A DNA stretch of 64,000 bases from Gemmatimonadota bacterium (GTDB taxonomy: Bacteria > Gemmatimonadota > Gemmatimonadetes > Palauibacterales > Palauibacteraceae). Made by a program: the position numbers and the translations under genes. The stretch spans positions 14,007 through 78,006 of the forward strand of contig JAVVDU010000008.1 in assembly GCA_032251515.1 (NCBI GenBank), written 5' to 3'. A model generated the notes under the pieces. The model saw only the letters and a program-made list of their open reading frames with translations, did not search any database and had not been told where the DNA came from. Every line of letters starts with the position of its first letter. Positions within the stretch are counted from its first letter, which is position 1. This document shows, piece by piece, positions 1 through 10,300 of this stretch.

Positions 1-2028
1 TTCGTCGAAGAGCTGGAGCGCCTGATCGGCGCCCTGGACCGCCAGGCCCGCGAGCTCCTGGCCGCGGACGCCGATCTCGACCTCGCCGCGGCGGCGGCCG
101 GCGAGACGCCCGTCAAGGTGGATGACGAGAAGCGGGCCGGCCTCCAGCGGCTCGTCGCCGCGAAGAAGGCCCTGGAAGACCTGCGCTGGCGGTACGTCGA
201 GGGCCCCGGGGGCCGCGGGCGGGCGAACCTGGGGATCAGCAACAGCACGGGCTGCTCGTCGGTGTGGGGCTCCACGTACCCGTACAACCCGTACCCCTAC
301 CCGTGGGTGAACCACCTCTTCCAGGACGCCCCGTCCGTCGCGATCGGGATCTTCGAGGGGCACATGCGGAAGATGGCCGACGCGTTCCGGGACGTCCGGC
401 GCGCCCGCCTGCTGGTGGACGGGGCGTACGACCCGGACGAGCACGAGGCGGAGCTCGCGGCCCTGGACTGGCAGGAGTTCACGAAGGAGGAGTTCGACCT
501 CTGCCCGCCGATCACGGCGATCGGGGGCGACGGCGCGATGCTGGACATCGGCTTCCAGAACCTGTCGCGGCTGCTCGCCTCGGGTAAGCCGATCCGGGTG
601 ATCGTGCTCGACACGCAGGTCTACTCGAACACCGGCGGCCAGGCCTGCACGAGCGGGTTCACCGGCCAGGTGTCGGACATGGCCGCGTACGGCAAGGCGC
701 AGCACGGCAAGGAGGAGGTCCGCAAGGAGCTGTCGCTCATCGCGATCGCGCACCGCGGCGCCTTCGTGCTGCAGTCCTCGCAGGCCTCGGCCTCGCACAT
801 GATCGGCGGGGTGATCCGCGGCCTGAAGTCGCACCGCCCGTCCGTGTTCAACATCTACACGCCCTGCCCGGTCGAGCACGGGCTGGCCGACGAGTGGGCC
901 CCCAACGCGGCCCGCTTCGCCCTGGAGGGCCGCGCCTTCCCGTTCCTCCTGTACGATCCCGACGCCGGCCCGACCATCGCGGACTGCCTCGACCTGGCCG
1001 GCAACCCCGACGTCGAGGAGACGTGGCCGAGCTACGAGATGGAGCACGTCGACGACGAAGGGAACGAGCAGACGCTGGCGCTCCCGGTGACGACGGCCGA
1101 CTGGGCCGCCACCGAGGGCCGGTTCAAGAAGCACTTCCGTCCCATCCCGCGGGACGACTGGGATGATGACGTGCAGGTGCCGTTCCACGAGTTTCTGGAG
1201 CTCGAGGCGGCGGAGCGGGCCGGTCGGACGCCGTTCATCTGGACGCTCGGCGACGGCCGGAAGCTGAACCGTCTCGCCTGCTCGCTGGAGATGGTGACCC
1301 TGGCCGAGGACCGGCTCCTGTTCTGGTCGCAGCTCAAGGAGCTGGCCGGGCTCGAGGTGCCGGCCAGCGTCCGCGAGGCTATCGCCACCGAGCTCGAGGC
1401 GGAGTTCGAGGCACGGATCTCCGCGCTGCGGGCCGAGCACGAGAACAAGATCCGCGACATCGAGGCCTCCCTGCCCGCCGCGGTCGCGCGGCGTCTCGCG
1501 GAGGGGCTGCTGCGCGCCGGGGACGGTCGGCTCACCGTGGAGGAGATTCTCGGACGCGCCCGTTCCGAGCCGGGGCTCGAGCCCGTCACGGCGGACGCGC
1601 TGGCGGGCTTCGGAGCCCGCCCGGCCGGGTCCTCCGAGCCGTCCGTGGCCACGGCGCCGCGCGACGGGAACGGAGCGGCCGCGGCGGCGGCGGAAGCGCC
1701 GGCGGCGGATTCCGCCTCGGCCCCGGCCGCCACGGCACAGGAGCCCGCGGCGGAGGACGACGAGGAGGACGAAGGCCTCGTCATGGAGCCGTACATCGAG
1801 ACGGCCCGCTGCACCTCCTGCGACGAGTGCATCAACATCAACAAGAAGATGTTCGCCTACGACGAGAACAAGCAGGCGTACATCAAGGACCCGAGGGCGG
1901 GCACCTTCGCGGAGCTGGTGCAGGCCGCCGAGCGCTGCACGGCGGAGATCATTCACCCCGGGACGCCGCTGAATCCGAAGGAGAAGGACCTGGACAAGTG
2001 GATCGAGCGCGCCGCCCCGTTCAACTGA
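1..2028 (+). CDS. 2-oxoacid (pyruvate):ferredoxin oxidoreductase, C-terminal part (TPP-binding domain, coiled coil/Ala-Pro linker, C-terminal ferredoxin); 5'-truncated by the window
   Basis: Frame is open from base 1. NSTGCSSVWG motif, TPP motif GGDGAMLDIG...DTQVYSNTGGQ, YTPC motif, and C-terminal CTSCDEC...C ferredoxin motif. Confidence 0.9.
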   Translation, partial: FVEELERLIGALDRQARELLAADADLDLAAAAAGETPVKVDDEKRAGLQRLVAAKKALEDLRWRYVEGPGGRGRANLGISNSTGCSSVWGSTYPYNPYPYPWVNHLFQDAPSVAIGIFEGHMRKMADAFRDVRRARLLVDGAYDPDEHEAELAALDWQEFTKEEFDLCPPITAIGGDGAMLDIGFQNLSRLLASGKPIRVIVLDTQVYSNTGGQACTSGFTGQVSDMAAYGKAQHGKEEVRKELSLIAIAHRGAFVLQSSQASASHMIGGVIRGLKSHRPSVFNIYTPCPVEHGLADEWAPNAARFALEGRAFPFLLYDPDAGPTIADCLDLAGNPDVEETWPSYEMEHVDDEGNEQTLALPVTTADWAATEGRFKKHFRPIPRDDWDDDVQVPFHEFLELEAAERAGRTPFIWTLGDGRKLNRLACSLEMVTLAEDRLLFWSQLKELAGLEVPASVREAIATELEAEFEARISALRAEHENKIRDIEASLPAAVARRLAEGLLRAGDGRLTVEEILGRARSEPGLEPVTADALAGFGARPAGSSEPSVATAPRDGNGAAAAAAEAPAADSASAPAATAQEPAAEDDEEDEGLVMEPYIETARCTSCDECININKKMFAYDENKQAYIKDPRAGTFAELVQAAERCTAEIIHPGTPLNPKEKDLDKWIERAAPFN

Positions 2029-2059
2029 TGGGTTCGCCCGCGGAGAGGACCGCCCGCGC

Positions 2060-3412
2060 ATGAGCCTGCTCGAGCAGATGTTCGGCGGCGACACGTTCCG
2101 GCACGGGGTGCACCCGCCGGAGCGCAAGTCGCTGACCGGGGACGTCCGCATCCGGCGGATGCCGTTCCCGGACGAGATCGTGCTGCCCCTGCGGCAGCAC
2201 GCCGGCAAGCCGGCGCTCCCCCTCGTGCGGCCGGGAGACCGCCTCGAGCGGGCGGACAAGGTGGGCGAGGCGGACGGGTTCGTCTCCGTCCCGATCCACA
2301 CCTCCGCCGCGGGCGTGGTGCAGGACATCGGCCTGCGACCGCACCCGGACGGGAGCATGGCCGAGAGCGTGGTCGTGCGCGTGGACCGCTGGTCGCCGCA
2401 GGTCCCGCGCCCCCGGATCGTCGCCCGCTGGGAGGGCCTGGAGCCGGAGCGGGTGGTCACGGAGGTGCAGAAAGCGGGCGTCGTCGGGCTCGGCGGGGCG
2501 GCCTTTCCCACCCATGTGAAGCTCCTGCCGCCGAAGGACGTGGACGTCCACACCCTGATCGTCAACGGGGCCGAGTGCGAGCCCTACCTGACGACCGATC
2601 ATCGCACGATGGTCGAGTTCCCCGGCCGCGTGCAGCTCGGCGTGCGGATCATGATGAAGGCCCTGGGCGTGGAGCGGGCGATCATCGGGGTGGAGAAGAA
2701 CAAGCCCGACGCGATCGCGGCCCTGCAGGCCACCCTGCCGTCCGACCTCGACGTCCGCGTCGTGCCGCTCACCGTGAAGTACCCGCAGGGCGCCGAGAAG
2801 ATGCTGATCCGCGTCGTCACGGGGCGCGAGGTGCCGTCGGGCAAGTTGCCCATGCACGTGGGCGTGGTGGTGCAGAACGTCGGCTCCATCGCCTGCATCG
2901 CGGAGGTGTTCGAGACGGGGCAGCCGCTCATCGAGCGGGTCGTCACGGTCACCGGGCCCGGCGTGCGGCGGCCCTCGAACCTCATCGTGCCTGTGGGCGC
3001 GAAGCTGAGGGACGTGCTGGACTTCTGCGACGGGCTCACCGACGACGCGTCGCAGATCGTGTTCGGCGGGCCGATGATGGGCAGCGCCACGCCCGACCTC
3101 GACACGCCGCTCATCAAGAGCACGACGGGCGTCGTGGTGCTCACCGAAGCGCAGGCGCGGCCGCGACGCGTCCATCCCTGCATCAGCTGCGGACGCTGCC
3201 TGGAGGCGTGCCCGGTGTTCCTGAATCCGTCCCTGCTCGGGAAGCTGGCACAGGCCGGGCGCTACGAGGAGATGGAGGAGGCGCACCTGATGGACTGCAT
3301 GCTCTGCGGGTGCTGCTCCTACGTCTGCCCCTCCCACATCCCGCTCTCCCAGATGTTCGCGCTCGGCAAGAACATGCTGCGCAGGCGGAAGTCGGCGGAG
3401 AAGGCCGCGTGA
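2060..3412 (+). CDS. rnfC: Rnf electron transport complex subunit C
   Basis: GVVGLGGAAFPTHVK, NGAECEPYLTTD, KYPQGAEK, GGPMMG, and two 4Fe-4S motifs (CISCGRCLEACP, CMLCGCCSYVCP). SD GAGG upstream. Confidence 0.95.
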   Translation: MSLLEQMFGGDTFRHGVHPPERKSLTGDVRIRRMPFPDEIVLPLRQHAGKPALPLVRPGDRLERADKVGEADGFVSVPIHTSAAGVVQDIGLRPHPDGSMAESVVVRVDRWSPQVPRPRIVARWEGLEPERVVTEVQKAGVVGLGGAAFPTHVKLLPPKDVDVHTLIVNGAECEPYLTTDHRTMVEFPGRVQLGVRIMMKALGVERAIIGVEKNKPDAIAALQATLPSDLDVRVVPLTVKYPQGAEKMLIRVVTGREVPSGKLPMHVGVVVQNVGSIACIAEVFETGQPLIERVVTVTGPGVRRPSNLIVPVGAKLRDVLDFCDGLTDDASQIVFGGPMMGSATPDLDTPLIKSTTGVVVLTEAQARPRRVHPCISCGRCLEACPVFLNPSLLGKLAQAGRYEEMEEAHLMDCMLCGCCSYVCPSHIPLSQMFALGKNMLRRRKSAEKAA

Positions 3413-4440
3413 GCGCGCCCGGCGGCGACCGGCGGGAACGGGCGATGCGGCTGCGCATCGCGGCCTCGCCGCACGTCCACTCCCCGCACTCCACCTCGCG
3501 GATCATGTGGACGGTCAACGCGACGCTGGTTCCGCTCGTCGCGGCCGCGGTCTACTGGTTCGGCCCCAGCGCCATCCTGGTGATCGGGGCCGCGACGGCC
3601 GGTGCGGCGCTCACCGAGCGCGTGGTGGCGGGCCCCGGATCCCTGTCCGACGGCTCGGCCGTGATCACGGGGGTGCTGCTCGGGCTCATCCTCCCCGCCG
3701 GGTTTCCGATGTGGATGGCCTTCGTGGGGGGCGCGTTCGGGATCGGGTTCGGGAAACTGATCTTCGGCGGGCTGGGACAGAACGTGTTCAACCCCGCCCT
3801 GCTGGGCCGCGCGTTCCTGCAGGCGGCCTTCCCGACCGCGATCACGACCTGGTCCGCCGAGCCCGTGTCCTGGTGGGCCCTGCGCGGCGACAACCTCGCG
3901 CTGCCCCTGATGTCGCCCCGCACGGCCGACCTCGTCACCTCGGCCACGCCGCTCGGCGCCTGGAAGTTCGAGCGGCTCGGCACCGACCTGGCGGACCTCC
4001 TGATCGGCCGCACGGGCGGCTCGCTCGGCGAGACGTCGGGCCTGCTGATCCTGGCGCTCGGCCTCTTCCTCGCGGCCAAGAAGTACCTCGACTGGCGGAT
4101 CCCGGCGTCCATCCTGCTCACCGTGGCGGTATTCGCCGGGCTCCTGCACCTGGTCGACCCCGGCCGCTTCCAGGGCCCGCTGTTCCACCTGTTCTCCGGC
4201 GGGCTGATGATCGGCGCGGTCTACATGGCCACCGACATGGTGACCTCGCCGGTCACGCCGGCCGGGGCGTGGCTGTACGGGCTGGGGATCGGGCTGCTGG
4301 TGGTGCTGATCCGCGTGTGGGGCGGCCTGCCCGAGGGCGTCATGTACGCGATCCTGCTGATGAACGCGATGACGCCGTTCATCAACCGGGCCACGCAGCC
4401 GCGCGTGTTCGGGCACGTGCGGCGGAGGGAGGCCGCATGA
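3409..4440 (+). CDS. rnfD: Rnf complex subunit D (start GTG 3409 or ATG 3445)
   Basis: SPH N-terminus, FGGLGQNVFNPAL, FMN site TSATPL, GSLGETS, MATDMVTSP, PEGVMYAILLMN. GTGA overlap with the rnfC stop. Confidence 0.95.
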   Translation: MSAPGGDRRERAMRLRIAASPHVHSPHSTSRIMWTVNATLVPLVAAAVYWFGPSAILVIGAATAGAALTERVVAGPGSLSDGSAVITGVLLGLILPAGFPMWMAFVGGAFGIGFGKLIFGGLGQNVFNPALLGRAFLQAAFPTAITTWSAEPVSWWALRGDNLALPLMSPRTADLVTSATPLGAWKFERLGTDLADLLIGRTGGSLGETSGLLILALGLFLAAKKYLDWRIPASILLTVAVFAGLLHLVDPGRFQGPLFHLFSGGLMIGAVYMATDMVTSPVTPAGAWLYGLGIGLLVVLIRVWGGLPEGVMYAILLMNAMTPFINRATQPRVFGHVRRREAA

Positions 4441-5207
4441 CCCGGGAGCTGCCGCAGGCCCCGGACGAGCCGGGCGCCGAGGCGGAGGGCACAGGAAACG
4501 GAGCGCCGCCCCCGGAGCCGCCCGCCGTCTCGTCGGGCCGCCTCGTCGCGACCCTCACGATCGCCGGCGCCCTGGCGGGGCTGGTCATCGTGCTCGCCTT
4601 CGCGTGGGCGAACCCGCGCATTCAGGCCCACCGGGCCGAGGCGCTGCGGGCCGCGATCCAGGACGTCCTCTCGGCGCCCGCGGCCGTCCGCACCTACTAC
4701 GTCACCGGGTCGGGCCTGTCGAAGACGCCGCCGCCCGGGGCCGACACGATCACCGCCGAGAAGGTCCACCTCGGGCTCGATGCGGCGGGCGAGCCGATCG
4801 GGTACGCGATCACGGGACAGGAAGCGGGCTTCCAGGACGTGATCCTCGTGATCTTCGGCTACGATCCCGCGGCGGGCGAGGTCCTTGCGATGCGGGTCCT
4901 CGAGAGCAAGGAGACGCCCGGGCTCGGGGACAAGATCATCAAGGACTCCGCCTTCGTGGCCGAATTCCGGGGCGTCCGGGCACCGCTGCAGGGCGTGAAG
5001 GCCGGGCGGAGCGAGGGAGATCCCGGCGAGGTCGACATGATCACGGGGGCGACGATCTCCTCGCGCACCGTGATCGGCATCATCAACCACCGGATCGAGG
5101 CGCTGGCGCCGCTGCTGGAAGACGCGCCGGCCGGGGCGGAGACGACCGTGGACGCGGTTTCCGACCGCGCGCGCGGCGCCGGGGAGGAAGGCGGGAGCAT
5201 CCAATGA
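4437..5207 (+). CDS. rnfG: Rnf complex subunit G (FMN-binding)
   Basis: ATGA overlap with rnfD; single N-terminal TM helix; ETPGLG motif and covalent-FMN motif TGATISS. Confidence 0.92.
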   Translation: MTRELPQAPDEPGAEAEGTGNGAPPPEPPAVSSGRLVATLTIAGALAGLVIVLAFAWANPRIQAHRAEALRAAIQDVLSAPAAVRTYYVTGSGLSKTPPPGADTITAEKVHLGLDAAGEPIGYAITGQEAGFQDVILVIFGYDPAAGEVLAMRVLESKETPGLGDKIIKDSAFVAEFRGVRAPLQGVKAGRSEGDPGEVDMITGATISSRTVIGIINHRIEALAPLLEDAPAGAETTVDAVSDRARGAGEEGGSIQ

Positions 5208-5869
5208 GAGCGACGACGCCGAAGCAGGACCTCGTGCGGGGGATCTGGGAGGAGAACCCCGTCCTCGTCCAGCTCCTGGGGCTCTGCCCGGCCCTCGCGG
5301 TGACGAACACGGTGGCCAACAGCCTGGCCATGGGGCTCGCGACCTTCTTCGTCCTCACCGGTTCGAGCCTGCTCGTCTCCACCTTCAAGAGCGTGATTCC
5401 GCACGAGGTCCGGATCTCTGCCTACATCCTGATCATCGCGACCTTCGTGACGATCGCCGACCTCGTCCTCGCCGCGGTCGTCCCCCTGATCCACAAGGAG
5501 CTCGGCGCCTTCATCGCCCTGATCGTCGTGAACTGCATGATTCTCGGGCGGCAGGAGGCCTTCGCGTCGCGGCGGCCGGTCGGGCGCGCCCTGCTCGACG
5601 CCGTGGGCACGGGCACGGGATTCATGATCGCGCTGCTGCTGATGGGCGGGTTCCGGGAGATCCTCGGCAACGGCTCGCTGCTCGGCATCCCGCTGTTCGG
5701 CGAGCGGTTCGAGCCGTGGGTCGTGTTCATCCTGCCGCCCGGCGGCTTCCTGGCGCTCGGCTTCCTGCTGCTCGCCCTCGGCTGGTGGGAGCAGCGCCGG
5801 ATCGAGCGGACGCGGGTCAGGCAGTGGCCGCACGGCGTCGCCACCCCGTCGAGAGAGGAGGCCGCCTGA
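5204..5869 (+). CDS. rnfE: Rnf complex subunit E
   Basis: GIWEENPVLVQLLGLCPALAVT, LIVVNCMILGR, LPPGGF; ATGA overlap with rnfG. Confidence 0.95.
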   Translation: MRATTPKQDLVRGIWEENPVLVQLLGLCPALAVTNTVANSLAMGLATFFVLTGSSLLVSTFKSVIPHEVRISAYILIIATFVTIADLVLAAVVPLIHKELGAFIALIVVNCMILGRQEAFASRRPVGRALLDAVGTGTGFMIALLLMGGFREILGNGSLLGIPLFGERFEPWVVFILPPGGFLALGFLLLALGWWEQRRIERTRVRQWPHGVATPSREEAA

Positions 5870-6444
5870 TGGGCGAGCTGTTCTGGATCCTGATCTCGGC
5901 GATGCTGATCAACAACTTCACGCTGAGCCTGTTTCTCGGTCTGTGCCCGTTCATGGGCGTGTCGGCCCGGGTCGGCACGGCCCTGCGCATGGGCATGGCG
6001 AACATCTTCGTCCTCGTCATCACCTCGATCTGCGCCTGGTTCCTGAACTCGTTCATCCTGACCCACGCGCCCTACCTGCGCCTCATCTCGTTCATCGTGG
6101 TGATCGCGTCGCTGGTGCAGATCGTGGAGATGGCGATCCGGAAGATCAGCCCCACCCTGTTCCGGGAGCTGGGGATCTTCCTGCCGCTCATCACGACGAA
6201 CTGCGCCATCCTGGGGTTCGCGATCTTCCAGACGAACCGGGGCTACGACTTCCTGGAGGGCCTGTTCTTCGCGCTGGGCGCGGGCCTCGGCCTCACCCTG
6301 GCGCTCGTCCTCATGGCCTCGATCCGCGAGACGTCCGAGCTGTCGAGCGTGCCCGCGGTGGCCCGGAACATGGGACTCGTCCTGATCATCGCCGGCAGCC
6401 TGTCGCTCGCCTTCATGGGCTTCGCCGGGCTGTTCAGCGCCTGA
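5869..6444 (+). CDS. rnfA: Rnf complex subunit A
   Basis: NNFTLSLFLGLCPFMGVS, LGIFLPLITTNCAILG, SLAFMGFAGL; TGATG overlap with rnfE. Confidence 0.95.
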   Translation: MGELFWILISAMLINNFTLSLFLGLCPFMGVSARVGTALRMGMANIFVLVITSICAWFLNSFILTHAPYLRLISFIVVIASLVQIVEMAIRKISPTLFRELGIFLPLITTNCAILGFAIFQTNRGYDFLEGLFFALGAGLGLTLALVLMASIRETSELSSVPAVARNMGLVLIIAGSLSLAFMGFAGLFSA

Positions 6445-6466
6445 CACGCACGGAGGACGCTGGACG

Positions 6467-6670
6467 TTGGAGACCGTATTCGGCATACTGGGGCTCGCGG
6501 CGCTGTTCGTCGTCTTCGGCCTGCTGCGCCCCGGCGCGGACCGCGGCTGCGGGAGCGGATGCGGCGGGACGTGCGGATCCGGCTGCGAGATGGACCCGGC
6601 GGGTGACTCCGCCCCGGCGGGTCGCGACGGCGCGGGTCCGCGCGGGTCCGCCGGGACGGGGGGGAGATGA
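6467..6670 (+). CDS. Small membrane-anchored Cys/Gly-rich protein (NqrM-like, FeoB-associated Cys-rich-like, or RnfB N-terminus-like)
   Basis: TTG start with GGAGG upstream; hydrophobic N-terminal helix followed by GCGSGCGGTCGSGC; ATGA overlap with the next ORF. Confidence 0.65.
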   Translation: METVFGILGLAALFVVFGLLRPGADRGCGSGCGGTCGSGCEMDPAGDSAPAGRDGAGPRGSAGTGGR

Positions 6671-6897
6671 TGGAAAAGCACTTCGCGTACTGCTCGGCCT
6701 GCGACCGCCAGGTCGAAGTGATCGTCAAGCCGGGCGGCCGCCGCAACCCGGACACGGGAGAGGCGGAGGACGAGATCGTGTGCCTCGAGTTCGGGGAGAC
6801 CTGCACCGGCGCGATGTGCCCGATGTGCGACCTTCCGACCGACGCGATGCGGGAGAGCTTCGAAAAGCACCGGGACGGGGCGGCCGACCCGGAGTGA
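6667..6897 (+). CDS. Small Cys-rich putative metal-binding protein
   Basis: 76 aa with CSAC...C...C...CPMC; GGAG SD; translationally coupled to the preceding ORF. Confidence 0.7.
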   Translation: MMEKHFAYCSACDRQVEVIVKPGGRRNPDTGEAEDEIVCLEFGETCTGAMCPMCDLPTDAMRESFEKHRDGAADPE

Positions 6898-6942
6898 GGC
6901 CGGGTCGCCCCCCGGCCGTGCAGACAGCGTGAGGAATTGCCC

Positions 6943-7218
6943 ATGCCCATCGACTGGGTCGCGCTCGCGGGAGTCGTCGGCGCCCTGCTGGTCGTCCTCA
7001 TCCCCATTATCGGACTCACGGCGCGCTTCGCCCTGAAGCCGATCGTGGAGAGCTTCCGCGCCGTGCAGGGGTCGGCGACACGGGCGACCCTCGAAGACAC
7101 GCGGCTCCTGGAGCGCCTGGACGCGCTCGCGGAGCGGCTGGACGGGATAGAGAACGACGTGCGCCGGCTCGGGGACGCCCGGGAGTTCGACGAGAAGCTC
7201 CTGGAGGGCCCGAGCTGA
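6943..7218 (+). CDS. Small protein with one TM helix and a coiled-coil tail, function unknown
   Basis: GAGGA SD before ATG 6943; hydrophobic N-terminus followed by heptad-like LERLDALAERLDGIENDV. Confidence 0.7.
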   Translation: MPIDWVALAGVVGALLVVLIPIIGLTARFALKPIVESFRAVQGSATRATLEDTRLLERLDALAERLDGIENDVRRLGDAREFDEKLLEGPS

Positions 7219-7342
7219 GTGTTCCGGGACGGCCTCGCGGCCGTTCCGTTCCTTCGCGTTCCGAGGTACAGTCGGCGAGCCGGTTCCGGGACCGCCCCCG
7301 CGGCGGCCCCCTTGCAGTTCCCCATCTTCACGGAGGTCCCCG

Positions 7343-10300
7343 ATGCGACGTACCGCGTCCGTTTCCGGCGCCGCCCGCGGCGCACGTCCCACCACACCGC
7401 CCGGCGCCCTGCTGCGCCGCGGAGCAGCCGCCGCGCTGCTGCTGTTCGGCGCGGCCCTCCCCCTGCAGGGGCAGGGGGTCACGACGGGCACCGTCGGCGG
7501 AATCGTCACCGACCAGACGGGCGCTCCCCTGGTGGGCGCCGTCGTCACGGCCCGCCACCTTCCCAGCGGCACGGAGTACCAGAGCGTCACCCGCGCGGGC
7601 GGCGTGTACACGATTCCCGGTATGCGCGTCGGCGGTCCGTACCGCGTCACGGCGCGGTTTCTCGGCTACGGCGAGCAGGAGCGTCAGAACATCCAGGTCT
7701 CGCTGGGGCAGGAAGAGCGGATCGACTTCCTCCTCGCGCAGGAGGCGATCGAGCTGGAGGCGATCTCGGTCGAGGCGCAGCGCGATGACATCCTGAACGC
7801 GAACCGGACCGGGGCCGAGACGGTGATCGATCCCGCCACGGTCGCCGCGCAGCCTTCGGTGAAGCGGTCCACCCGCGACCTCATCAAGATCGACCCGCGC
7901 AACGACGGGAACTTCGCCTTCGCGGGGCGGAACTGGCTGTTCAACAACATCACGCTGGACGGGTCGTACTTCAACAACCCGTTCGGACTCGACGACCCGG
8001 CGCCCGGCGGGCAGACGGCCGCCGAGCCGGTGCCGTTCGACGCCGTCGAGCAGGTGTACGTGGCGATCGCTCCGTTCGACGTGCGGCAGGGCGGGTTCAC
8101 GGGCGCCAGCGTGAACACCGTCACCAAGAGCGGCACGAACGAGTGGGCGGGGACGGTCTACAGCTTCTTCCGCAACGAGGGCCTGCAGGGCGACGAGATC
8201 GATGGCCGGCAGGTGATCGCCGATCCGGACCTCACGTTCAACCAGACGGGCTTCAGCCTCGGCGGACCCCTGCTCCGCGACAAGCTGTTCGTGTTCGTGA
8301 ACGGCGAGATCGAGCGGCGCGACGACCCGGGCACGAACTTCGTGCCCCGCGTCGGCGGCGCCCCGGCCGCGTTCGGCGAGTCCCGGGTGCAGCAGAGCGT
8401 GCTCGACGCGATCAGCGAGCGCATGCTCACCGAGTACGGCTACGTCACCGGTCCGTTCGCCGGCTTCGTGCACGAGACGGACAACGACAAGATCCTCGCC
8501 AAACTCGACTGGAACGTGTCACAGGCCCACAACCTGTCGTTCCGCTACAACTTCCTGGACGCGCGGCGCGACCTGCCGCCCAACGCCACGGTGCTGAGCT
8601 TCAACGGCTCCGGCCGGGGCCCGAACGAGAGCAGCCTTCCGAGCCAGAATTCCGGCTACCAGATCAACAACGAGCTGAACTCGTTCGCCCTCGAGCTGAA
8701 CAGCCGCGGCTCGAGCTGGGCGAACCGTTTCTTCACGAGCTACAACCGGTTCCGTGACTTCCGGGTGGCGAACAGCGCGCCCTTCCCGACGGTCGAGATC
8801 GGCGAGGGGGGCGTCACCTACACGACGGTCGGGCACGAGCCGTTCTCGATCGGCAACAACCTGGACCAGGACATCTGGCAGTTCCAGAACGATTTCACGA
8901 AGTTCTTCGGCCGGCACACGCTGACGCTGGGCGGCAGCTTCGAGCGCTACAGCTTCTTCAACTCGTTCAACATCTTCCGGCACGGCGTGTTCTTCCTGCC
9001 CGCCGGCATCGACTTCGAGGGGGATGGCTGCCCGAACACGAGCACCTTCGCCTCGCTGGACGACTTCTTCGCGGCGACCGATCCGGCGAACCCGAACCAG
9101 TTCGACTTCAACTGCATGGTCGCGAGCGGCCCGTTCAAGGGAGAGACGATCGACCTCGGGCAGGCCTCGGTGTACCTGCAGGACGCCTGGACGGTCACGT
9201 CGCGCCTCACCCTGACGGGCGGCCTGCGCGTCGACCTGCCGATCTACTACACCGACCCGGTGGACAACCCCTTCTCCCGCAACCTGGTCACGCGGGACGA
9301 GGACGGGGTGATCCGGCAGTCGGGCGGCATCGACCAGTCCGACCTGCCGGGCACCAGCCCGCTGTGGTCGCCGCGCATCGGGTTCAACTACGCGCTCGCC
9401 GAGGACCGCAGCACGCAGATCCGCGGCGGGACGGGGATCTTCACGGGCCGGGTACCGTTCGTGTGGGCCGGGAACGTGATCTCGAACCCCGGCACGAATC
9501 CGAACCTGTTCGCCCCGACGAACCCGGACGTCGAACTCATCGTGACGGACGGGCCCCGCGAAAACTCGGAGGGCGAACCGTTCGTGCTGCAGCAGACGTT
9601 CGACGTGAACGCCATGCCGGACGACTTCGACTGGCCGCAGGTCTGGGTCTCGAACTTCGGGATCGACCATCTTCTTCCGGGCGGCGTGCTCGGCACGGCC
9701 GAGCTGATCTACGGCAACGACGTCAACGCGATCGTGATGCGCAACTTCGACCTCGTGGCGCCGGTCGGCACGAACCCGATCGACGGCCGTCCGTTCTACG
9801 GCGGGGCCGGCGCCAACGAGTTGAACCCCGACGGCGGCGCCGGGATCTACGTGATCGACAACTCGTCGGACGGCTGGAACGTCAACGTCACGGCGCAACT
9901 GCGGAAGGCGTTCGACTTCGGGCTGGCCGTGCAGGGCTCCTATTCCTACAGCGACGCCCGCAACCAGCTGAAGTCCACGGAGATCGCCAGCGTCCTGTGG
10001 CAGGAGAACCCCGTCCAGGGCGATCCGAACAACCCGGAGACGAGCTTCTCGCAGTTCAACCAGCGGCACCGCATCGTGGTCGCCGGGAACTGGACGAAGG
10101 AGTGGTCCGACCGGTTCACCACGCACTTCGGCCTGTTCTTCGAGGTGGCCGAGGGGAACCAGCACCTCGTGTCGGGCGGGAACCGCTTCTCGTTCATCTA
10201 CTCGGGTGACGTGAACGGCGACGGCTCGGGCGCCAACGACCTCATCTACATCCCTCGCGACGAGAGCGAGATCCGGCTCGTCGACTTCACGAATTCCGAG

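Noticed and set aside
2575-5869. Apparent long N-terminal extensions or fusions on rnfD/G/E/A (also IDH, aroB, tyrS, PBP1A, Sco and others)
   Set aside because: Artefacts of taking the first start codon. The true starts are marked by SD sequences and stop/start overlaps.
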